Shown: piece after piece, positions 21,020 through 30,408 of the stretch
Layout of the letters: every line of letters begins with the position of its first letter
Numbering within the stretch: the first letter of the stretch is position 1
DNA from: Candidatus Kryptoniota bacterium
GTDB taxonomy: Bacteria; Bacteroidota; Ignavibacteria; Kryptoniales; JAKASW01
Direction of reading: 5' to 3'
DNA: 62,237 bases
Assembly: GCA_046706365.1 (NCBI GenBank)
Contig: JBJKPN010000188.1
Location: 1-62,237, forward strand
Notes under the pieces: model-generated
Told to the model about the DNA's origin: nothing
Database searches by the model: none
The model's input: only the letters and a program-made list of their open reading frames with translations
Translations under genes and position numbers: made by a program

Positions 21020-23563
21020 TCACTTCGACTCTCTCCTGTTACCATCCGCCCAGTCTGAAAGCCACGACGCAATCTTCGACTCGAATTTGTCGACAACAGA
21101 CTGAGCCTGGTCTGCGCTTAAAGACTCCGCATTAATGTGGAACAACGGTCGTTCCTTATCGGGAAGGAGATGTACCCATGTTCCATCATCATAGAGGACC
21201 TTTATGCCGTCTATAGTCTCACGTTTTTCATCTTTTGTCTGATCGATGAGCTTGCGCATAATGCTCCCCTTTTCGCTCCACGGGCAGTCCAGGTTCTTCT
21301 TTACCATGTGGAGCCTCGGGATCATCTTGTCCAGCTCCGACAATGTCAATCGGGACTTTGCGGTCATCTCCAGAATTTTTGCAACGGAGAACATCGCATC
21401 GCTCGCGAACATGAATTTCGGAAAGATGAAACCGCCCTTTGTACCCCCGACGAAGTCAAAATCCCCCTCGAATGCGGCGTTCATTAGAGCCTGGTGCGTC
21501 GCCTTCGTGCGCACGACCTCAAGGCCATGCTCCTCGGCTATGAGATCAACCTCACGCGAAGCCGAGAAGGGAACCGCGATTCGCTTCGCCTTCGGCTCTG
21601 AAACTGCAAACAACTTTGTAATCAGCGAGAGAAGCCTGTCCTCGTTAACAAATTCACCCCGCTGATTTACCGCGAAAACCTTCTCGGCCCCCGCGTCGAA
21701 CATGAAGCCGAAATCGTAACCCAGCGATTTTACGATATCCTCGAGTTGGTTCAGGTCCTTCTCAATCTGACGGGCCGTTCTTGTCAATCTCTTGGGATCC
21801 AGGTACGCGTTAAGTGCTACAACACGCACGCCCAGCGAACCGACGATCGTGGGGAACAATGTAGATGCAACGCCGTGTGAATAATCGATGACAATATTGA
21901 ATCTCTTGTCCCTTATTGCCTGGATATCAAGCGATCGAATGAAATCTTCCCGATAGCTTTCGTTAGTTCGCTGCGGGAAAAATATGTCTCCCGCCTGATC
22001 CTGGGGAGCGCGGGCGAATTCTTCTCCGAAAAACAGCCTCTCGATTGCGCGCACCTTACTCGAGGGCAAGTCGCGGCCGTCCGGACCGAGGAATATGATA
22101 TCCGTCAGGTCGGGATCGAGCGGATTCTTACGGACGTGTATGCCCCCCGCAGAGCGGCCGCTTCTAAGCTCGTGCCTGACTATCGGAATAGGTTCGGTTC
22201 TTAAATCGTAAATGTTGGCACCGGCAGACATAAATCCGACGATCAGAGAACGATTGATCATCCTGCTCACGGTATCCGAGTCGCGGCTGCAGACGACATA
22301 CTTTCCGATTCCGAGAAGGGAACCGAAAGCGGCTCCGAGCTTCGCGGCAAATTCCGGATTCATTTCTATATTTGACGTCCCGGTTACCCTCGCGTCGGTG
22401 AAAATAGCGGAGAGCCATTTGTCCTCCCACACGAGGCTGCGGGAAAGTGTCGCCCCTGCGTCAACAACCTTCTTCGGCCAGAGTTTGACGTTCGGTCTGA
22501 TGTGGGCCCGCTTGCCGATTATGCAGTCGTCGCTTATGAATACGTTTTCCTCGATGTCGACATTCTCGCCCACAATCGTATTGCTGCCGATTACGTCGCC
22601 GGTCAATCTGGCGTGCGCCCCGATCAGGATGCTGTCCCAAAGCGTTGTTCTGTTGATGTTCGAATACGATGAGATTGAGCAATTATCTCCGATGATAACA
22701 TCGGAAAGCTGAACATTTTCTCCGATCGTCACGTTGCTGCCCAGCACCACGGTCCCTTTTACAGAAAGAGTCGATGGAAATTCAAAATCCAAAGGCGCTA
22801 TGACCTTAGCGCCGTTTATCTCGCGGGTCTTTCCATCTGTATTTACGAGGACTCTGCGTTCGAGACAATCGAGTTGGGCTTCAATATACTCATTCAGATT
22901 TCCCACATCCCGCCAGTACCCTTCCGCAGCATAGCCGTAAAGAGGCATCTTCTGCTTCAGCATAAGGGGAAAGAGCTGTTTGCTGAAATCGTACTCTTCG
23001 CGGTAGGGAACCATCTCAAGGACTTCAGGCTCAAGTACGTAAATGCCGGTGTTGACTGTATCGCTGAAGACTTCACCCCAGGTTGGCTTCTCGAGAAATC
23101 TTACGATCCTGCCGTCGCCTTCGGTAATGACAAGTCCGAATTGGAGCGGATCATTTACCCGGGTCAGAACGAGGGTTGCCTTCGAGCCTTTTGTCTCGTG
23201 ATACTTTATGGCTTTCCCGAGATCGAAATCAGTTAAGACGTCTCCGCTTATCACCAAAACGCTGGACCCCTTGAGAAGGTCATAAGCATTCCTAACGCTG
23301 CCGGCGGTTCCGTAATCGGCATCAGCCATGACGTACTGTATCGACGCGCCGAACTGGTGCCCATCCTTGAGAAAGTTCTTGATGACGTTCGGGTGGTAGA
23401 AAACGAGTACGACTATTTCTTTTATGCCGTGCGCAACGAGGAGCCTGACGATATGCTCGACCATCGGTTTATTCATGATCGGTACCATAGGCTTCGGAAT
23501 CTTGCTCGTCAGCGGGCGCAACCGCGTGCCGAATCCGCCCGCCATTATCACGGCTTTTAACAT
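21020..23563 (-). CDS. Nucleotidyltransferase (mannose-1-phosphate guanylyltransferase-like) + LbH + phosphohexomutase-like fusion
   Basis: MAGGFGTRLRPLT...PKP, EKP, YWRDVG, hexapeptide repeats, C-terminal PGM/PMM-like domains; start at ATG 23563 (MLKAVIM). Confidence 0.88.
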   Translation of the reverse strand: MLKAVIMAGGFGTRLRPLTSKIPKPMVPIMNKPMVEHIVRLLVAHGIKEIVVLVFYHPNVIKNFLKDGHQFGASIQYVMADADYGTAGSVRNAYDLLKGSSVLVISGDVLTDFDLGKAIKYHETKGSKATLVLTRVNDPLQFGLVITEGDGRIVRFLEKPTWGEVFSDTVNTGIYVLEPEVLEMVPYREEYDFSKQLFPLMLKQKMPLYGYAAEGYWRDVGNLNEYIEAQLDCLERRVLVNTDGKTREINGAKVIAPLDFEFPSTLSVKGTVVLGSNVTIGENVQLSDVIIGDNCSISSYSNINRTTLWDSILIGAHARLTGDVIGSNTIVGENVDIEENVFISDDCIIGKRAHIRPNVKLWPKKVVDAGATLSRSLVWEDKWLSAIFTDARVTGTSNIEMNPEFAAKLGAAFGSLLGIGKYVVCSRDSDTVSRMINRSLIVGFMSAGANIYDLRTEPIPIVRHELRSGRSAGGIHVRKNPLDPDLTDIIFLGPDGRDLPSSKVRAIERLFFGEEFARAPQDQAGDIFFPQRTNESYREDFIRSLDIQAIRDKRFNIVIDYSHGVASTLFPTIVGSLGVRVVALNAYLDPKRLTRTARQIEKDLNQLEDIVKSLGYDFGFMFDAGAEKVFAVNQRGEFVNEDRLLSLITKLFAVSEPKAKRIAVPFSASREVDLIAEEHGLEVVRTKATHQALMNAAFEGDFDFVGGTKGGFIFPKFMFASDAMFSVAKILEMTAKSRLTLSELDKMIPRLHMVKKNLDCPWSEKGSIMRKLIDQTKDEKRETIDGIKVLYDDGTWVHLLPDKERPLFHINAESLSADQAQSVVDKFESKIASWLSDWADGNRRESK

Positions 23564-23600
23564 CTGCTGCTTGATGCTCCTTGATGAAAAAATTCGGTGA

Positions 23601-23629
23601 AATATAAACCCCATGCTTAGCAAAATCAA
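23601..23629 (-). promoter_or_regulatory. sigma70-like promoter for the nucleotidyltransferase gene
   Basis: TTGATT-N17-TATATT on the minus strand; supports the 23563 start over 23806. Confidence 0.6.
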
Positions 23630-23687
23630 GGAAATGGGGGTTATGGCGTGAGCTAAGTCAACGTGCCTCCGAGGCTTGCGTTGAGAC

Positions 23688-23716
23688 TTGCATAATTCGC
23701 CTGTCGAATTTATCTT
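23688..23716 (+). promoter_or_regulatory. sigma70-like promoter of the pyrR operon
   Basis: TTGCAT-N17-TATCTT immediately before the PyrR-binding hairpin. Confidence 0.6.
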
Positions 23717-23723
23717 TTCACCG

Positions 23724-23754
23724 CCTTTAAGTTCATCCAGTGAGGTGGACAAGG
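23724..23754 (+). promoter_or_regulatory. PyrR-binding RNA hairpin (pyr leader)
   Basis: CCTT TAA GTTCATC CAGTGA GGTGGAC AAGG matches the CUUUAA...UCCNGNGAGG...AAGG architecture; directly upstream of pyrR. Confidence 0.82.
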
Positions 23755-23817
23755 TCCAGCCAAGCATTCTCCACCTCATTCCATTAAGGCCTTTTTCATC
23801 ACTCATTCGGAGGAAAG

Positions 23818-24369
23818 ATGAGAGTCAGGTCCAAAATCGCGGATGCAGCCCAGATGGAGCGCTCAATTACGCGCCTCGCCCATGAAATTATCGAACGGAA
23901 CAAAGGGGCGGCCAACCTCTGCGTGATCGGCATCAAAACAAGGGGAGACTTCCTCGCAAAAAGGATTGCGGACAGGATTTCCAACATAGAAAAGCTCGCA
24001 ATCCCTCTCGGGACGCTCGACATTACGCTTTATCGTGACGATGTCAGACAGAAGCTGAAACTCCCCGAACTTAAGAGGACGGAAGTACCATTCGATATTA
24101 CGGACAAAAACATCATCCTTGTCGACGATGTCCTCTTTACGGGTCGGACTATCCGGTCGGCGCTTGACGCGCTGATCGATATCGGCCGACCGACTACCAT
24201 TCAACTCGCAGTTATGGTCGACCGCGGGCACAGGGAGCTTCCGATCAGTGCCGACTATGTCGGCAAGAATCAACCAACTGCAATCAAAGAATCAGTCGTA
24301 GTCCATCTCTCGGAAATCGATGGGACCGACGAAATACTACTGGTGGAGGAAGATGGCACAAGGAATTAG
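23818..24369 (+). CDS. pyrR: Pyrimidine operon regulator / uracil phosphoribosyltransferase
   Basis: [38 protein letters not shown]; GGAGG SD. Confidence 0.96.
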   Translation: MRVRSKIADAAQMERSITRLAHEIIERNKGAANLCVIGIKTRGDFLAKRIADRISNIEKLAIPLGTLDITLYRDDVRQKLKLPELKRTEVPFDITDKNIILVDDVLFTGRTIRSALDALIDIGRPTTIQLAVMVDRGHRELPISADYVGKNQPTAIKESVVVHLSEIDGTDEILLVEEDGTRN

Positions 24370-25276
24370 GAATCTACTCGGCCTCAGGGAGCTTTCGCCC
24401 GACGAGATAATGGAAATTCTCGACACGGCGCGAAGCTTCCGGGAGGTACTGGAACGACCGATCAAGAAGGTCCCCACGCTTCAGGGGACGACGGTTGTGA
24501 ATCTTTTCTTTGAGAGCTCCACGCGCACCAGGATATCCTTCGAGCTTGCCGAAAGAAGGCTGAGTGCAGATGTCGTGAACTTTGCGGCAAGCGGAAGCAG
24601 CGTATCCAAGGGCGAAACGCTCAAGGATACCGCACGGAATATCGAGGCCATGAAAACCGACGTGACGGTAATCAGGCATTCGTCCACCGGCGCACCTCAC
24701 TTCCTTTCACGCTTCCTCAAGTCTCCGGTGATAAACGCAGGCGACGGGATAAATGAACATCCCACTCAGGGGCTTCTCGATATGTTCACGATCAGAGAAA
24801 AATTCGGGGACCTGAAGGGACTAAACGTCTGTATCGTCGGGGACATCAATCACAGCCGGGTCGCGCGATCCAACATTTTCGGCCTTACGAAATCCGGAGC
24901 CAATGTTGCCGTATGCGGTCCGCGGACTCTTATTCCTGATTATCTGCAGCTTCTCGGCGTCAAGGTGTTCTACGATATCGATGCGGCGATCCAATGGGCC
25001 GACGTTCTTAATGTTCTCAGGATTCAGCTCGAGAGAGAAGCCGGCGGAGACTTTCCCTCGATAAGGGAGTACAGACTCTATTGGGGAATCAACCGCCTCC
25101 GGCTTGAACGTCTGAAGAAGCCAATTGTCATCATGCATCCGGGCCCCATCAATCGCGGCGTCGAACTCGATGCCGATATAGCAGACGGCGAAACATCCCT
25201 GATTCTCGATCAGGTCACTAACGGAGTCGCCGTCAGGATGGCCGTCCTATTCTTAACAGGAGTAAAACCGTCATGA
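24353..25276 (+). CDS. pyrB: Aspartate carbamoyltransferase catalytic subunit
   Basis: [24 protein letters not shown]; start ATG 24353. Confidence 0.96.
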   Translation: MAQGIRNLLGLRELSPDEIMEILDTARSFREVLERPIKKVPTLQGTTVVNLFFESSTRTRISFELAERRLSADVVNFAASGSSVSKGETLKDTARNIEAMKTDVTVIRHSSTGAPHFLSRFLKSPVINAGDGINEHPTQGLLDMFTIREKFGDLKGLNVCIVGDINHSRVARSNIFGLTKSGANVAVCGPRTLIPDYLQLLGVKVFYDIDAAIQWADVLNVLRIQLEREAGGDFPSIREYRLYWGINRLRLERLKKPIVIMHPGPINRGVELDADIADGETSLILDQVTNGVAVRMAVLFLTGVKPS

Positions 25277-26559
25277 AGATCTTTTTGAAAAATGCCAGGC
25301 TCGTCGACCTAACGGGCAAGCTGGATGGATTGTTCAACGTCATGATTGTCGACGGCAGGATCCAGGAAATAGGGACTGCGCTCGGCGGGAATCCCGTGAA
25401 CTACGAGATAAACCTGCAGGGGAAATTCGTTGCTCCCGGCCTGTTCGACATGCATACACATCTGAGGGAGCCGGGACAGGAATACAAAGAGGATATTGCC
25501 TCCGGGATTGCCGCTGCCGCGAACGGGGGCTTCACGGCCATAGCTGCCATGCCGAACTCCGACCCTGTTGTCGATTCTGCCGAAGTCGTGAAATATGTGA
25601 TTGACCGTGCAAAGCAGGCAGGGTTGGTTCGGTTGTATCAGATCGCCGCGATAACCGAAGGCAGGAAGGGAGAACGCCTTTCAGAAATGAAAGACCTGGC
25701 CGAGGCCGGCGCAGTGGCGTTCAGCGACGACGGATCCGCAGTTACCAACTCGCAGGTGATGCGACGGGCACTCGAGTATTCCTCGATGCTCGGCAAGGTT
25801 CTGATTCAACACTGCGAGGATTCGGACCTGACCAAATCGGGATCTGCGAATGAAAGCGCCGACACGATCAGATACGGACTGAAGACCCAACACCGTCTTG
25901 CAGAGGAACTGATACTTGCACGTGATTTGAAACTGGTCGAAGCATTCGGCGGCAAGTACCATGCAACGCATCTTTCTACTTCCGGGTCCGTCGCTGTCAT
26001 TGCAGATGCAAAGTCACGCGGCCTCAAGATTACATGCGATGTGACGCCTCATCATCTTTTCCTTAACGATACCATTCTCTCCGGCTACGATTCCGACTAC
26101 AAGGTGAATCCGCCGCTGCGAACGAAGGACGACAATGAAGCGCTTATTGAAGGGCTGAAATCCGGCGTTATCGATGCAATTGCCAGCGATCATGCACCTC
26201 ATGCCATACATGAGAAGGAAGTCGAGTTTGATGCGGCCCCGTTCGGCATGATCGGACTGGAGACTACCGTTGGAGCCGTGATGACGAAGCTCTATCACGA
26301 GCGGGAAATGGATATCCACAAGATTGTCAGGCTGCTCTGCATGAACCCGAGAAAGATTCTGGGGTTGCCGGTGCCGACATTCGAGTTGGGAGCCGCTGCC
26401 GAACTTACGATTATCGACCCTGACTATGAGTGGATTGTGAAGCCGGAGGAATTCAAATCGAAAAGCAGAAACACCGGGTTCAAGGGATGGAAATTCAAGG
26501 GAAGTGCCGTCGGCATCATAAACGAAGAAAAGTTTTATTTCTCCGACAGATTGAGATAG
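25273..26559 (+). CDS. pyrC: Dihydroorotase
   Basis: [24 protein letters not shown]. Confidence 0.94.
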   Translation: MKIFLKNARLVDLTGKLDGLFNVMIVDGRIQEIGTALGGNPVNYEINLQGKFVAPGLFDMHTHLREPGQEYKEDIASGIAAAANGGFTAIAAMPNSDPVVDSAEVVKYVIDRAKQAGLVRLYQIAAITEGRKGERLSEMKDLAEAGAVAFSDDGSAVTNSQVMRRALEYSSMLGKVLIQHCEDSDLTKSGSANESADTIRYGLKTQHRLAEELILARDLKLVEAFGGKYHATHLSTSGSVAVIADAKSRGLKITCDVTPHHLFLNDTILSGYDSDYKVNPPLRTKDDNEALIEGLKSGVIDAIASDHAPHAIHEKEVEFDAAPFGMIGLETTVGAVMTKLYHEREMDIHKIVRLLCMNPRKILGLPVPTFELGAAAELTIIDPDYEWIVKPEEFKSKSRNTGFKGWKFKGSAVGIINEEKFYFSDRLR

Positions 26560-27129
26560 TCAGACAAATTCCCGGTCTTTCTCCAGCGCCGCCCGAAGGA
26601 GCGCCATGTATTTTTTCCTCGGGATTTCCAGGGCACCGAACATCTGCAGGTGAGGCGTGATGTACTGTGTGTCGAGGAGGGTGAAGTCTCGTTCGATCAG
26701 CCGTTCGATCAGGAATGCGAGGGCAACTTTCGATGCCCCGCTCCTGCGGCTGAACATGGATTCTCCAAAGAATGCAGAACCAAGGGCCACGCCATAAAGC
26801 CCGCCCGCTAGTCCCCCGGAATCGAATGCCTCTACGCTGTGTGCGTAGCCCAGCCTGTGAAGGTTCGCGTAGCTCTCTTTGATCTCCGAACTGATCCACG
26901 TTTCCTCCCTCCCGGCACACCCCTCGAGGACCATTTCGAAGCTGGCGTCGACTTCAATTCTGAACAGCCTCTTCCTGACAAGCTGACGGGTGGACCGCGG
27001 AACAGTGGGAGGATCGAGAGGGATGATGGTGCGGGGTTCGGGGGAATGCCAGGAAATCACACCTTTGTCATCCGCCATCGGGAAATAGCCGACTGAGTAT
27101 GCTCCCAGCAGTATTTCCGCGGGAATCAT
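26560..27129 (-). CDS. aat: Leucyl/phenylalanyl-tRNA--protein transferase
   Basis: AYSVGYFPM, TWIS, AHSVEA, GGLYG, FFGESMFS, ASKVA; start ATG 27129. Confidence 0.93.
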   Translation of the reverse strand: MIPAEILLGAYSVGYFPMADDKGVISWHSPEPRTIIPLDPPTVPRSTRQLVRKRLFRIEVDASFEMVLEGCAGREETWISSEIKESYANLHRLGYAHSVEAFDSGGLAGGLYGVALGSAFFGESMFSRRSGASKVALAFLIERLIERDFTLLDTQYITPHLQMFGALEIPRKKYMALLRAALEKDREFV

Positions 27130-27497
27130 CTGAGGTCTGCCCGTTTCTTCAGGGAAAAGGAGACGAGTCCGGAGTGAATTTCGTCCTCCTTCTGCTTCGG
27201 TTTGCCCAACGTTGGGTGAATGGGGCCGCAAAAAGGTGTCATAATGAGTCGGGTCCTTTCATCGGCTATTTTATGATGTAGGGCCGGAAAATGCAAAGAG
27301 ATCGGATTAGCGGTGTGGGGATGCATCCTGCTTCAAGCCTCCGCCGATTCCGGATTCCTACCCGAGCCGCCAAGCCTGCCAGGAAGTAGTGCGGTAGGGC
27401 AGGACGAGACCAGGCTCACTCATTAGATCTTCGCGGTCCATTCCTCGCGCACTTGAGCGATAATCGATGCGAGGACACTACCAAATGCGGCTGGATG

Positions 27498-27526
27498 TTG
27501 CATTTGTTACGCGGCTTGGATATATT
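27498..27526 (+). promoter_or_regulatory. sigma70-like promoter
   Basis: TTGCAT-N17-TATATT. Confidence 0.6.
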
Positions 27527-27546
27527 TTTGAGCAAGTTTCGTAAAC

Positions 27547-27621
27547 ATGTCAACCAAACGAGAAGAGATTCTGGCCAGGAAATTTTTAGAGAGTAATCCT
27601 AAGGCAAGTAAGAATATATGA
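27547..27621 (+). CDS. Candidate 24-aa small ORF / leader peptide (MSTKREEILARKFLESNPKASKNI)
   Basis: ATG...TGA bracketed by a promoter and an intrinsic terminator; no SD; below the ORF-track cutoff. Confidence 0.3.
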   Translation: MSTKREEILARKFLESNPKASKNI

Positions 27622-27655
27622 AGTGTTCTGAGGTTAATCGGAACACTTTTTTTTT
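27621..27655 (+). terminator. Rho-independent terminator
   Basis: AAGTGTTCTGA-GGTTAA-TCGGAACACTT 11-bp stem (one G-U) running into T9 (27647-27655). Confidence 0.8.
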
Positions 27656-27669
27656 GCAAATTTTGTTAG

Positions 27670-28770
27670 ATGAAGATTAGAGAAGTAGTAAGCAGAATAA
27701 GCAAGATATTCCCCATCGAGATCGTTTCAGGACAGGACAACGTTGGACTCATTGCCGGGAATTACGATGATGAATGTAAGAAGATGACAGTGGCTTACGA
27801 ACTCAACGCCGAAGCGCTCAAGGAGGCTGCCGAAGCGCGGTCGAACCTGATAGTATCTTACCACACTCCTCTCTACAAATCTGCAAAGTCGTTCACATCC
27901 TCGCTTAGTCGTCCGAATTTTCTCTTCGAGGCATCCCGGCTCGGGGTTAACGTCTTCTCGGTTCACACGGCACTTGACGTTGTACGGGACGGCCTGAATT
28001 TCGACCTTGCCCGAAAGATGGGTCTGAAAAACATCCGGTTTCTCTCACCCCTTGCCGACACGCTTTTCAAGATCGTTGTGTTCGCACCTTCCACGCACGC
28101 CGAGCAAGTTGAAATTGCAATGTCCCGTGCAGGCGGAGGGAGAATCGGCAATTACTCCGAATGCTCGTTCTCTGTTGCAGGGAAAGGGGCCTTCCTGCCC
28201 GGGGACGATGCGAATCCGTTCATCGGATCGGCCGGTAAAAAGGAAGTAGTTGACGAGCTGCGGCTCGAGATGGTGGCAGATAAGCACCTCGTAGGGAATG
28301 TAATCAAGAACATGCTCGATGCACACCCGTACGAGGAGCCGGCATTCGACGTATACCCTCTTGCCGGGAATTCACCGAATTACGGATTCGGGGCAATGGG
28401 TGACCTGGAAGTTCCCGTTTCCACCGAAGAGTTTTTCAAGAAAGTGAAGGAACTCCTGGAGATTGAGACGCTGAAAATATCCCACATGCCCGATATCAAA
28501 ATTCGCAAAGTTGCGCTGTGTGCCGGAGCGGGCGTGCCTTTCTACGGGGATGCGGTACGAAGCGGGGCCGACGTCTTCATTACGGGAGATGTCAAGCATC
28601 ACGATTTCAGAGACGCAAAGTCGAACGCTGCGATACTTGCTGATGCAACACACAACGGCACAGAGAAATTCGCCGCCGGGCTGATTTACGACATGCTCGG
28701 CGAGACATTCAAGAACGAACTCGTTGTTGAAGTCTGCAAGCACCAAGAACACAATGCAATCATTGTTTAA
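27670..28770 (+). CDS. Nif3-like dinuclear metal-centre protein (YqfO type with PII-like insert)
   Basis: DNVGL, HTALD, GRIGNYSECSF, AHPYEEPAFD, ITGDVKHH, HNGTE. Confidence 0.92.
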   Translation: MKIREVVSRISKIFPIEIVSGQDNVGLIAGNYDDECKKMTVAYELNAEALKEAAEARSNLIVSYHTPLYKSAKSFTSSLSRPNFLFEASRLGVNVFSVHTALDVVRDGLNFDLARKMGLKNIRFLSPLADTLFKIVVFAPSTHAEQVEIAMSRAGGGRIGNYSECSFSVAGKGAFLPGDDANPFIGSAGKKEVVDELRLEMVADKHLVGNVIKNMLDAHPYEEPAFDVYPLAGNSPNYGFGAMGDLEVPVSTEEFFKKVKELLEIETLKISHMPDIKIRKVALCAGAGVPFYGDAVRSGADVFITGDVKHHDFRDAKSNAAILADATHNGTEKFAAGLIYDMLGETFKNELVVEVCKHQEHNAIIV

Positions 28771-28788
28771 CATACCCAGGAGATAGAA

Positions 28789-29529
28789 GTGATTGTTAAG
28801 GATAAACTTAAGACACTTTACCAACTCCAGCAGGTCGACCTGAAGCTTGACGGGTTACTTGAAGAGCGAGGTGACTTACCGGCGGAAGTCGAAGAACTAG
28901 AGAAGAAAATAAGCGCTTTGAAAGTGCAAATTAAAGAGAATGAAGACTATCTGAAGAAATCGGTTGTCAGGAAAAAGGAAATTGACAAAGAGCTAGAGGA
29001 CGCGAGAAAGCGGATCGACAAGTATACCGACATGCGGGTAAAGGTGAAGACCAACCGGGAATATGACGCCTTGAGCAAGCAGATCGACAATTCCAAGGAG
29101 AAGGTTCAGGACCTGCATAAGGAACTGGAGGGCATACAGGCCAAGGAAAGCATTTCTTCGAGAGACGTTGAGAAGCTCAAGAAAGAATTCGAGGAAGAAA
29201 ACGAGCTCTACTCTGCGAAGAAAGTCGAACTTGACGAGCTCGTTTCCCTGACGCACGATGAAGAAAAGAAATACGTGAAGGAACGTGACAAGCATGCACA
29301 GAAGATCGACAAGCAGACCATTTCGCGTTACGAGATGATCAGAAGGGCGACAAAAGGAAAGGCGATTGTCCCCGTCGTCCGTCGGAATGCGTGCGGAGGA
29401 TGCTATAACGTTTTGCCGCCTCAAAGGTTGCTCGACCTGCGACAGATGGAGAAGATTTTCGCGTGCGACCACTGCGGAAGGATTTTGGTACCGAACGAAA
29501 TCGTTGAGGAAGCCGACCGAGATTCGTGA
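28789..29529 (+). CDS. Coiled-coil C4-type zinc ribbon protein (DUF164/CdsZ-like)
   Basis: Long coiled coil, NREYDAL, ACGGC...CDHCGRIL. Confidence 0.9.
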   Translation: MIVKDKLKTLYQLQQVDLKLDGLLEERGDLPAEVEELEKKISALKVQIKENEDYLKKSVVRKKEIDKELEDARKRIDKYTDMRVKVKTNREYDALSKQIDNSKEKVQDLHKELEGIQAKESISSRDVEKLKKEFEEENELYSAKKVELDELVSLTHDEEKKYVKERDKHAQKIDKQTISRYEMIRRATKGKAIVPVVRRNACGGCYNVLPPQRLLDLRQMEKIFACDHCGRILVPNEIVEEADRDS

Positions 29530-29915
29530 ACCGGTCTCTGAACAGCTGGACGGCGCTGCCCTGCGGGGACGGTTCCTCCATGACCCGGTTCATTAGTCCT
29601 GAAACACCGACCGACGGAAAAACGCAGGGTTTGTCGTGACTTGTCGCCGACTGCCCAAGTGACTGAATCGCTCAGGGGGTGATGAACTTGCAGAAGAGCC
29701 TCGCGGTTGCGAACTTGAAGTGAGCCTTCAGGCAAGCGGTGGTTTTGCCCTGAATTGGCACTTGCGGGGCTTGGGACATGGGTTCGCGCGAAAATGTCCC
29801 GGAAAATCACAGTATAGTCTGGCTGGCGAAGGAAGAATTTCGGTCTGATGTTGATATTTTGAGAGCGCGAGGGACAGCCGATGAATTTGATTGAAGGAGG
29901 AGTTGTTGTTGTATT

Positions 29916-30370
29916 GGAGTGAGCCAGGCAGCCGCCCGGTATCCGATGTTTCGGATCCGGGAGGAAAGTCCGAACTCCGAATGGCGGCGGGCTCCGATGG
30001 CCGGGTTGCCGGTTATCGGAGGCGGGGCGACCCGACGGAAAGTGCCACAGAAAACAGACCGCCCCGGAACACTTATGTGTTTCGGAGCAAGGGTGAAAAG
30101 GCGGGGCAAGAGCCCACCGGCCCGGCGCGCGAGTACCGGGTGCATGGTAAACCCCCCGCGGAGCAAGACCAAATAAGGGAGGATTCCCGATTGGACTCCG
30201 TCCGATCGGGAGCGAGCCGGCCAGTCTCGCCAGCGGACCCGATTACGGGAAACGACTCCCGGGTAGGTTGCTTGCGTCCAGCAGCAATGCTGGGCCCAGA
30301 TAAATGGCTGCCTCTTCCGGCTGCGTTGAGCTGTCCGGGAAAGACAGAATTCGGCTTATCGGCTCACTCC
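29916..30370 (+). ncRNA. rnpB: RNase P RNA, bacterial type A
   Basis: P1 GGAGTGAGCC/GGCTCACTCC; GAGGAAAGTCC, AGTGCCACAGAAAA, GGGTGAAAAGG, GGTAAACCCC, GAGCAAG, ACAGAATTCGGCTTA signature motifs. Confidence 0.97.
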
Positions 30371-30408
30371 ATTAACTTTGACAAGAACTAAGGAAGTCGT
30401 TATTTAGA

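Noticed and set aside
23564-23806. N-terminal extension of the 928-aa ORF (likewise the extensions from 9743, 35209, 38048, 40429 and 45216)
   Set aside because: Family homology starts at later Met/TTG codons, and the extensions run through promoters or neighbouring genes
29807-30391. ORFs 29891-30391, 29807-30172 and 29919-30176
   Set aside because: They overlap the RNase P RNA gene and are spurious GC-rich frames
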